This document shows, in pieces, positions 52,952-61,327 of a stretch of DNA of 64,000 nt. This stretch comes from Lysobacteraceae bacterium (GTDB taxonomy: Bacteria > Pseudomonadota > Gammaproteobacteria > Xanthomonadales > Xanthomonadaceae). How positions within the stretch are numbered: the first letter of the stretch is position 1; the number at the start of each line of letters is the position of its first letter. The DNA is taken from the NCBI GenBank assembly GCA_016789405.1, contig JAEUPQ010000034.1:1-64000 (forward strand), given 5' to 3'. The notes under the pieces were generated by a model. The model saw only the letters and a program-made list of their open reading frames with translations. It searched no databases and was not told the DNA's origin. The position numbers were made by a program, and so were the translations under genes.

Positions 52952-53683
52952 TCAAAAGGACGCTTGCAGCGCCGCTTCGACGCGCGATCCTGCGAACTCG
53001 CCGCCGAAGATCGCCTTCGCGTTCGAATCGGTGTGATGTGCGGTCAGGCGCGCTTCGAACGGCGCCTTGAACGCCCACACCGCGCTGGCCAGGCCGTGTG
53101 TGTAGCCATCCCTGGCCACGACTGCGTCGTCCAGGAAGTAGTGCCCCGCCGCCACTTCGAAGCGGAACGTGTCGGTCACCGGGAACTTCGCGCCGACCAG
53201 TGCATAGGTGCCATCGGCGTCGTAGCCCAGCGCCTCGTTGGAATAACCCAGCGAGAGCCAGTAATTGCTCTTGTACGTGAGCGTGCCGTTGAGTTCGGTC
53301 CAGTCGAGGTCGACCGTGGTCGATGGATACTGGTAGCGGATCGCGTTGACATCGACCGCCCAGTCGTCGTTCAGGGCCTTGCCCCAGCCGACCGTGAAAT
53401 CCAGTTCGCTGCTGGCGTGCGTTTCAGGAGCGAATTCGACGTTCGACCCCCAGGCCGAAGCGTAGAAACCCGATGCACCTGCCACCTTGACGCCCGCCTG
53501 CACGGTGGCATCACCCTGTGTCTGGGTGGAACCGCGCCAGACGTAGTCGGTCCCCAGTGCCGCGTTGCCGGTCACCTCGGCTGCCTGGGCGTTGTAGCCC
53601 AGGACCATGAGCCCGGCTGCGGCAAGGATGGCGATGACCAGGGGGGGCAGTGCTTCGCGCACATGCTTCGAATCAAGTTGCAT
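52952..53683 (-). CDS. outer-membrane beta-barrel protein (porin-like) immediately upstream of kdpF
   Basis: 243 aa from MQLDSKHVREALPPLVIAILAAAGLMVLGYNAQAAE (signal peptide). Alternating amphipathic beta-strands. C-terminal ...LQASF ends in the aromatic residue typical of OMPs. Only about 15 nt separate its stop from kdpF. Confidence 0.6.
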   Translation of the reverse strand: MQLDSKHVREALPPLVIAILAAAGLMVLGYNAQAAEVTGNAALGTDYVWRGSTQTQGDATVQAGVKVAGASGFYASAWGSNVEFAPETHASSELDFTVGWGKALNDDWAVDVNAIRYQYPSTTVDLDWTELNGTLTYKSNYWLSLGYSNEALGYDADGTYALVGAKFPVTDTFRFEVAAGHYFLDDAVVARDGYTHGLASAVWAFKAPFEARLTAHHTDSNAKAIFGGEFAGSRVEAALQASF

Positions 53684-53857
53684 GGGACCGCTCGTGGATG
53701 TCGTCGTGGCCGGTCTGGCCACGCAGGCATTCTCGGCAGGTGCGCCGTAAAGCCTCTATTCCCGACTCGGTGCGGACGCATCAAATCCCCGTAAACAACA
53801 CTGCTTCCGGAAACGATGATGCTTCATCGGGGCGCCGGGAGGGGAATCTGGCTGACC

Positions 53858-53892
53858 CGAAAAGAACGCGGCCGGGCATGTGCCCGGCCGCG
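53858..53892 (-). terminator. rho-independent terminator after the S8 peptidase gene (GCGGCCGGGCA-CA-TGCCCGGCCGC hairpin + GTTCTTTTC on the minus strand)
   Basis: Plus strand reads gaaaagaacgcggccgggcatgtgcccggccgcgcg. An 11-bp GC stem with a T-run in the gene's direction. Coordinates approximate. Confidence 0.55.
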
Positions 53893-53972
53893 CGTGTTGC
53901 TCGATCCGCGTCGACGACCGTCGAGGTCGGCCGTCGCCGTGGATCGATCCTGGTCGATGCGTTGCCGATCGA

Positions 53973-55157
<1,185 letters not shown>

Positions 55158-55905
55158 GATCACTCCCTTTATTCGTAGTTTCGAGATGGTGGTTTCTTTT
55201 GTTCGGCGCGGCGATGCGCGCCGTGTCGGCGCGATCCCGGGATGCGTTGGCGAAGACGCGCCACTCCGCCGCAGTCGCGACTGCGTGGACGACGAATCAA
55301 TGGCTGACGGATCGGGCCTGGGTGCTCCGTGTTGCTGCAGTGCCCGATGCTTTCCCCCCTGCGGATCGCGGGCAGACACTAGGAATCGGCTTCCCGGGGT
55401 GTCAATCGCCCTCGCTGTGCCGACTTTGGCTTCGGCGGCGACTCCGTATCCGTTGAAACTTTGTCCCCAGGGGTCAAAGCAAACTTTGTCTCAGTTCGTA
55501 CCCCGTACCGGTACGGCATACCGTGGACCGCATACGACGCAAGCCCGTGATCGGTCAGGAAAAGGATGACAAAGGCAATCGCGCCGCATCGCAGCAGATT
55601 TCCTTAGGGAATATCGTCATACCGAAAAATGCATATGTAGCGCGATCTTCAACAGGTATCGCGCCAAACGTTGAAGAAACCGCACAGATACCCGACTCCT
55701 GCTGCGGCGCAGCAGGCTCATGCGGCGCGATGTGATCGTCCCTGCGCGGGAATGAGGCATCACGGCCAAGCGCCGTGATCCGGTTTCGGGCGCCACTGCG
55801 CTTACCTGTTCGAGCCGTTTCCGGTTCGCATCCGGGCGCGCCCGCATCCTCCTGCGGTCAACGGCGCCCATCCCTCATCGCATCATCTGATCCACGGACA
55901 TCCAC

Positions 55906-56388
55906 ATGACGCGCAACATCGCCCCCCTGCTCCTCGGTCTCGCATTCACCCTCACCGCTTCGGCCGCAAGTGCGGCCACGCCGCCATCGAACTATTCCGG
56001 CTACGTGAAGCTGTGCAACCTGCGCCTGCAAGCCAAGGTCGATATCACGTTCGGCCAGACAGGCACCACCGCCTCGGTGGTGGCGAAGTCCAGCCCGGTC
56101 ACGTACAACCCCGCCCTCATGACCGCAGGCGTGTATGGGTACAGCATCGTGGCGGAGACCGCCGTGAAGCCGAGCAACGCGCATCCGTGGTTCTTCACCG
56201 AGGCCGAGCAGTTCGGCAGCAGCGGCAACGCGCAGCCGGACGTCAGGACCGGCGACGTCATCTTCAAGGACCCGAATTGCGACATGCGCGGCACCGTGAC
56301 CATCACCACCCAGTGCCCGGCCATCAGCGGCATGACCAGCGATACCCGCGTCGTCGAACGCCGCTGGGTCGGCTGCGGCGTCGACTGA
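55906..56388 (+). CDS. small secreted Cys-containing protein (160 aa), unknown function
   Basis: Signal peptide MTRNIAPLLLGLAFTLTASAASAA. Five Cys residues. Divergent from the S8 peptidase across a 750-bp intergenic region. Confidence 0.5.
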   Translation: MTRNIAPLLLGLAFTLTASAASAATPPSNYSGYVKLCNLRLQAKVDITFGQTGTTASVVAKSSPVTYNPALMTAGVYGYSIVAETAVKPSNAHPWFFTEAEQFGSSGNAQPDVRTGDVIFKDPNCDMRGTVTITTQCPAISGMTSDTRVVERRWVGCGVD

Positions 56389-56447
56389 TCCGTCGATGTC
56401 GACATCCCGACGGCGCCATGCCGCCGGGATGTCGAACCAGCCTGGCC

Positions 56448-57365
56448 TCACGCCGCGTCGCGCAGTCGCGGATCCATGCCTGCCCGCAAGGCGTCGACCA
56501 GCGCATTGATCGCCACGATCAGCACACCGACCACCAGCACCACGCCGAGCACGAGGGTGTAGTCGCGATTGAGCGCACCCTGCACGAAGAATCGGCCCAT
56601 GCCGGGAATGCCGAACACCTGCTCGACCACTGCGGAACCGGTGACGATGTTGATCAAGGCCGGCGACAGCCAGGCCACCACCGGCAACAGGGCCGGCTTG
56701 AGGGCGTGGGCGAACAACAGGCTGGTTTCCGACAGTCCGCGGGCACGGGCCGCCGACAGGTATTCGGCATGACGCACGTCCAGCATCGACGCCCGGGTCA
56801 GCCGCGCGCAGTAGGCCAGGTTCGGCAGCGCCAGGGCGATGGCCGGCAACACCACGTTCGTCCAGTCGCCCCAGCCTCCGGCCGGCAGCCAGTGCAGGGT
56901 GACCGCGAACAACAGCACCAGCAGCGGCGCGACCACGAACTTCGGCACCGCCAGGCCCAGGCCGGCGAACAGCATCAGCAGGCGATCCAGCCAGGAGCCT
57001 TCGCGCTGCGCGGACCAGATTCCCAACGGGACGCCAAGCAGCAGGGCCATCAGCAGGGCAAGGCCGCCGTTGATGAGCGACACCGGCAGCGCCTGCGCGA
57101 CCAGCTGGTTGACCGTGTAGTCCGGATACTGGAACGAGGGCCCGAGGTCGCCGCGCGCGATGTCGCCGAGCCACGCGGCGTATTGCGCCGGCAGCGGACG
57201 GTCGAGCCTGTACCTGGCTTCCAGGGCAGCCTGCACTTCCGGCGGCGCGGCCTTCTCGGTGTCGAAGGGCCCTCCGGGTGCCGCACGCAGCAGCACGAAG
57301 CACAGCGTGGCCAGCAGCCAGACCGTGAGCAGCGCTTCGCCTGTGCGCGCCAGCAGTCGCCTCAT
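56448..57365 (-). CDS. ABC transporter permease, peptide/nickel family (DppB/OppB-like)
   Basis: 305 aa. Six TM. EAA-like loop ARARGLSETSLLFAHALKPALLPVV. N-terminal LLATLCFVLLRAAPGGPF, typical of DppB/OppB. Confidence 0.8.
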   Translation of the reverse strand: MRRLLARTGEALLTVWLLATLCFVLLRAAPGGPFDTEKAAPPEVQAALEARYRLDRPLPAQYAAWLGDIARGDLGPSFQYPDYTVNQLVAQALPVSLINGGLALLMALLLGVPLGIWSAQREGSWLDRLLMLFAGLGLAVPKFVVAPLLVLLFAVTLHWLPAGGWGDWTNVVLPAIALALPNLAYCARLTRASMLDVRHAEYLSAARARGLSETSLLFAHALKPALLPVVAWLSPALINIVTGSAVVEQVFGIPGMGRFFVQGALNRDYTLVLGVVLVVGVLIVAINALVDALRAGMDPRLRDAA

Positions 57366-57368
57366 CGG

Positions 57369-58064
57369 TCAGACCTGAACATCGAACAGCCGGCCGATCA
57401 CCGCCGCGGCCGCCATCGCCATCGCGCCCCAGAAACCCACGCGCAACGCGCCGCGCACGACCGCCGCGCCGCCGACCCGGGCCGCCAGCCCGCCCGACAG
57501 CAGCAGCGCCGCCACGGTCACGGCGACGACCGCCGGCTCGATGCGACCCACCGGCGCGAGCAGCACGGCGAGGATCGGCAGCACCGCGCCCGCCGCGAAG
57601 GCCGCCGCGGACGACAAGGCGGCCTGCAGCGGGCGGGCGCGCAGCGACTCGGTGATGCCGAGTTCGTCGCGGGCGTGGGCCCCCAGCGCATCATGCGCGG
57701 TCAACTGCTGCGCGACCTGCTTCGCCAGTTCAGGGCTCAAGCCGCGCTGCACGTAGATGTGCGTCAGCTCCTGCAGTTCGGCATCGGGATCCTCCGCAAG
57801 CTCGCGGGTTTCCTTCGCGATGTCGGCATGCTCGGTGTCCGCCTGCGACTGCACCGACACGTATTCGCCCGCCGCCATCGACATCGCACCTGCGACGATG
57901 CCGGCGATGCCGCTGCCCAGCACCACGCGCGCGTCCGCACCGGACGCGGCGACACCGACCACCAGGCCGGCGATGGAAATGATGCCGTCGTTGGCGCCGA
58001 GCACGGCGGCACGCAGCCAGCCGACGCGATCGGTGCGATGGGTCTCGATGTGCCAGCGGCGCAT
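57369..58064 (-). CDS. VIT1/CCC1-family iron/manganese transporter
   Basis: 231 aa from MRRWHIETHRTDRVGWLRAAVLGANDGIISIAGLVVG. VIT-family motifs ANDGIIS and MAAGEYVSV. The track's 148-codon extension is rejected. Confidence 0.7.
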   Translation of the reverse strand: MRRWHIETHRTDRVGWLRAAVLGANDGIISIAGLVVGVAASGADARVVLGSGIAGIVAGAMSMAAGEYVSVQSQADTEHADIAKETRELAEDPDAELQELTHIYVQRGLSPELAKQVAQQLTAHDALGAHARDELGITESLRARPLQAALSSAAAFAAGAVLPILAVLLAPVGRIEPAVVAVTVAALLLSGGLAARVGGAAVVRGALRVGFWGAMAMAAAAVIGRLFDVQV

Positions 58065-58096
58065 GGCGGCTCCTGAAGTGTCGTGGAAATCGATGG

Positions 58097-59683
58097 TCAG
58101 TGGTCGGCGAAGGACATCCAGCGCGACGGATGCCGGTCGAGCGGATTGGCCTCGAAACCGCGGACATCGTCGTGGACCAGATGCTTCGACGTGTAGAAAT
58201 ACAGGGGAATCGCGACATGCGCATGCAGCAGTCGCGTTTCGGCCGCGCGCAGCCATGCATTGCGGGCAGGCTCGGAGCGCGCCGCATCGGCGCGCTGCAT
58301 CGACGACCGGTAGCGATCGTCGTCGTAGCCCATCCAGTTCAACGCGCCGTCGTCGGCGAAACCGACCAGGAAGTTGCGCGCATCCGCGACATCGCCGATC
58401 CAGCCGCCGCGAAACACCTCGGTGATCGCGCGCTGGCGACGGTTCTGCACGAACACCTTCCATTCCTCGTTGCGCAGCCGGACGCGCACGCCGAGCGTGT
58501 CGCGCCACATCGCCGCCACCGCCAGCGCCATGCGCCGATGCGGTGTCGAGGTGTTGTAGCGCAGCTCGATCGTCAGCGGCCGCGCCCTGGAATAGCCGGC
58601 CGCGCGATAGAGCGCCTTCGCCCGTGCCTCGCGTTGCGCCTGGGTCCAGCCGGCCCAGTGCAGCCGCGCTGGTTCGTAGCCCGGGATCCCCGGCGGCACG
58701 ATGCCGTAGGCCGGCGTTTCGCCGAACCCGGTGATGTAGCGCGTGAGCTTGTCACGATCCACGGCCAGCGACAGCGCTTCGCGCAGCCGTGGCGCATCCT
58801 TCAACGGTGGCCGCGTGGTGTTGAGCCCCAGCCAGAACGCGCCGAGGTACGGCGACAGCCGCAGGCGCGAACCATGCCGCGCGCGCAGCTTCGCCAATGG
58901 CTGCGGCGGCACGGTTTCGGTCACGTGCAGGTCGCCGGCGACGAAACGCTGCAGTTCGGCGGCCGCGTCCTCGGTCACGTGGAAACGCACGCGCCCGATG
59001 CGCACGTCCTTCGCACCGTGGAAGTGCGGGTTCTTCTCGACGACCAGATGCGCCTGCGGCATCCAGACGCTCAGCCGATACGCACCGTTGCCCACGAGCC
59101 GGCCGGGACGCGTGTGCTGGTTGCCGTGCCGTGCCACTGCCGGGAGATACACCGGAAACGCGATCGGCAAGGTCAGCAGTGCCGGCAACGCGACATGTCG
59201 AGACGTGCGCACGCGCACCGTGCGCGCATCCGGTGCGTCGATGCCCAGGTGCTGCGGCGGCAGCGTGCCGGCGCGGACCTCGGGCACGTGCAGCACGGCA
59301 TCGAACTGCTCCGCGAACGGCGCTGCGGTCGCCGGCGTGAAGGCGCGACGGAAGCTGTCGACGACCTGCCCTGCATCCAGCGGTTCGCCGTTGCTCCAGC
59401 GCAGCCCGGCCCTGAGATGGAAGGTCCATGTGCGCCCGTCGGGCGAGACCGACCAGCGTTCGGCCATGCCCGGGATGAGCCGGCCACGGGCGTCTTCGCT
59501 CACCAGCCCTTCGTACAGATCGCGCAGCACGTTGCCGCACGCGACTTCCTGGCAGGCATGGGCATCCAGCGTCGATGGCTCCGGCCCATTGCCGCGCTCC
59601 AGCGTGCGCGGCTGCGCAAGCGACGCCGGGGCGCAGGTCGCCATGGAACACAGCGACAGCAGCAGGGCAACAATTCGGGTCAT
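58097..59683 (-). CDS. ABC transporter substrate-binding protein, family 5 (peptide/nickel/opine type)
   Basis: 528 aa. Signal peptide. Length and conserved segments (LVVEKNPHFHG, RLSPYLGAFWLGLNT) typical of SBP_bac_5. Confidence 0.8.
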   Translation of the reverse strand: MTRIVALLLSLCSMATCAPASLAQPRTLERGNGPEPSTLDAHACQEVACGNVLRDLYEGLVSEDARGRLIPGMAERWSVSPDGRTWTFHLRAGLRWSNGEPLDAGQVVDSFRRAFTPATAAPFAEQFDAVLHVPEVRAGTLPPQHLGIDAPDARTVRVRTSRHVALPALLTLPIAFPVYLPAVARHGNQHTRPGRLVGNGAYRLSVWMPQAHLVVEKNPHFHGAKDVRIGRVRFHVTEDAAAELQRFVAGDLHVTETVPPQPLAKLRARHGSRLRLSPYLGAFWLGLNTTRPPLKDAPRLREALSLAVDRDKLTRYITGFGETPAYGIVPPGIPGYEPARLHWAGWTQAQREARAKALYRAAGYSRARPLTIELRYNTSTPHRRMALAVAAMWRDTLGVRVRLRNEEWKVFVQNRRQRAITEVFRGGWIGDVADARNFLVGFADDGALNWMGYDDDRYRSSMQRADAARSEPARNAWLRAAETRLLHAHVAIPLYFYTSKHLVHDDVRGFEANPLDRHPSRWMSFADH

Positions 59684-59803
59684 CGGCGGGGGCTATAGTG
59701 TCGGCCTTGCGATGTTAGGGGACGCCCCCCATCTCGCCTACCCGCGCAACCGGATTGCCCTCGGCACCCTCGTTGCAGGCATCCCCACGCAAACGGAAGC
59801 CCC

Positions 59804-61168
59804 ATGTCGAGCCCAAGCCACGTCGCCGACACCCCCATCACCCACCGCGACGAACTGGTCGCCGTGCTGGCCTCCGGCGAAAAGCCCAAGGCCGACTGGC
59901 GCATCGGCACCGAACACGAGAAGTTCGGATTCCGCCTCGACGACCTCCACCCGCCGACCTTCGACGGTCCGCAGGGGATCGAAGCGTTGCTCGAAGGTCT
60001 CACCCGCTTCGGCTGGACGCGTGCGCAGGAGCACGGCCGGACCATCGCGCTGACCAAGGACAACGCCTCGGTCACGCTGGAACCCGCTGGCCAGCTGGAA
60101 CTCTCGGGCGCGCCGCTGGAAACGATCCACCAGACCTGCGTCGAAGTCGGCACGCACCTGAAGGAAGTGAAGACCGTCGCCGACGAACTCGGCCTGGGCT
60201 TCCTTGGCATGGGCTTCCAGCCGAAGTGGCGCCGCGACGAAATGCCGTGGATGCCGAAAGGCCGCTACAAGATCATGCGCGCCTACATGCCGAAGGTCGG
60301 CGATCTCGGCCTGGACATGATGACCCGCACCTGCACCGTGCAGGTCAATCTCGACTACGCCAGCGAAGCGGACATGGTGAAGAAGTTCCGCCTATCGCTT
60401 GCGCTGCAGCCGATCGCCACCGCCCTGTTCGCCGATTCGCCCTTCACCGAAGGCAAGCCGAACGGCTACCTGTCCTACCGCTCGCACATCTGGACCGACA
60501 CCGATCCCGATCGCACGGGCATGCTCGACTTCGTGTTCGAGGATGGTTTCGGCTACGAACGCTACGTCGACTACCTGCTCGACGTGCCGATGTATTTCTC
60601 CTACCGCAACGGCGAATACATCGACGCCAGCGGCAAGTCGTTCCGCAGGTTCATGCAGGGCGAACTCGACGTGCTGCCCGGTGCGTTGCCGACGCTGCGC
60701 GACTGGTCCGACCACATGACCACCGCATTCCCGGAAGTGCGCCTGAAGAAGTTCCTGGAAATGCGCGGCGCCGACGGCGGCCCCTGGAACCGCCTGTGCG
60801 CACTGCCGGCGTTCTGGGTCGGCCTGCTGTACGACCAGACCGCGCTCGATGCCGCATGGGACCTGGTGAAGGACTTCAGCATGGCCGAACGCAACGCGCT
60901 GCGCGACAACGTGCCGAAACAGGCGCTGCACGTACCCTTCCGCAACGGCACGCTCCGCGACCTCGCACGCGAAGCGCTGAAGATCTCCGCCGAAGGCCTG
61001 CGCCGTCGCGCCGCACTCAACAGCCAGGGCGTGGACGAAACCCGCTTCCTCGACCCCGTCATCGAAGTCGTGGAACGCGGCCAGACCGCGGCCGAACGCA
61101 AGCTCGAACTCTTCCACGGCGAGTGGAACGGTGAGATCGACCGCGTGTTCCGAGAGTTCGCGTACTGA
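59804..61168 (+). CDS. gshA: glutamate--cysteine ligase, plant/proteobacterial GCS2 type
   Basis: 454 aa. [19 protein letters not shown] and [31 protein letters not shown] are motifs of plant-type gamma-glutamylcysteine synthetase. Confidence 0.85.
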   Translation: MSSPSHVADTPITHRDELVAVLASGEKPKADWRIGTEHEKFGFRLDDLHPPTFDGPQGIEALLEGLTRFGWTRAQEHGRTIALTKDNASVTLEPAGQLELSGAPLETIHQTCVEVGTHLKEVKTVADELGLGFLGMGFQPKWRRDEMPWMPKGRYKIMRAYMPKVGDLGLDMMTRTCTVQVNLDYASEADMVKKFRLSLALQPIATALFADSPFTEGKPNGYLSYRSHIWTDTDPDRTGMLDFVFEDGFGYERYVDYLLDVPMYFSYRNGEYIDASGKSFRRFMQGELDVLPGALPTLRDWSDHMTTAFPEVRLKKFLEMRGADGGPWNRLCALPAFWVGLLYDQTALDAAWDLVKDFSMAERNALRDNVPKQALHVPFRNGTLRDLAREALKISAEGLRRRAALNSQGVDETRFLDPVIEVVERGQTAAERKLELFHGEWNGEIDRVFREFAY

Positions 61169-61327
61169 GCCGATCATCCCACGGCAGCCGGCACGCCGGT
61201 TGGCCACCCATGTCCCGCAGACATCGCGGGACATGGCGCTCATGCGCGACTTATGCACACGAATGCATAGCCGGCGCCGAGATTTTTTGTATACCCTTGG
61301 GAAACGCCCCCCACGCGTACCCCCATC

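Noticed and set aside
53700-53830. Possible KdpE/OmpR direct repeats (GTTTCC ... GTTTAC) upstream of the OMP gene
   Set aside because: The repeats are short and irregularly spaced in the only moderately AT-rich patch. I cannot distinguish them from chance.
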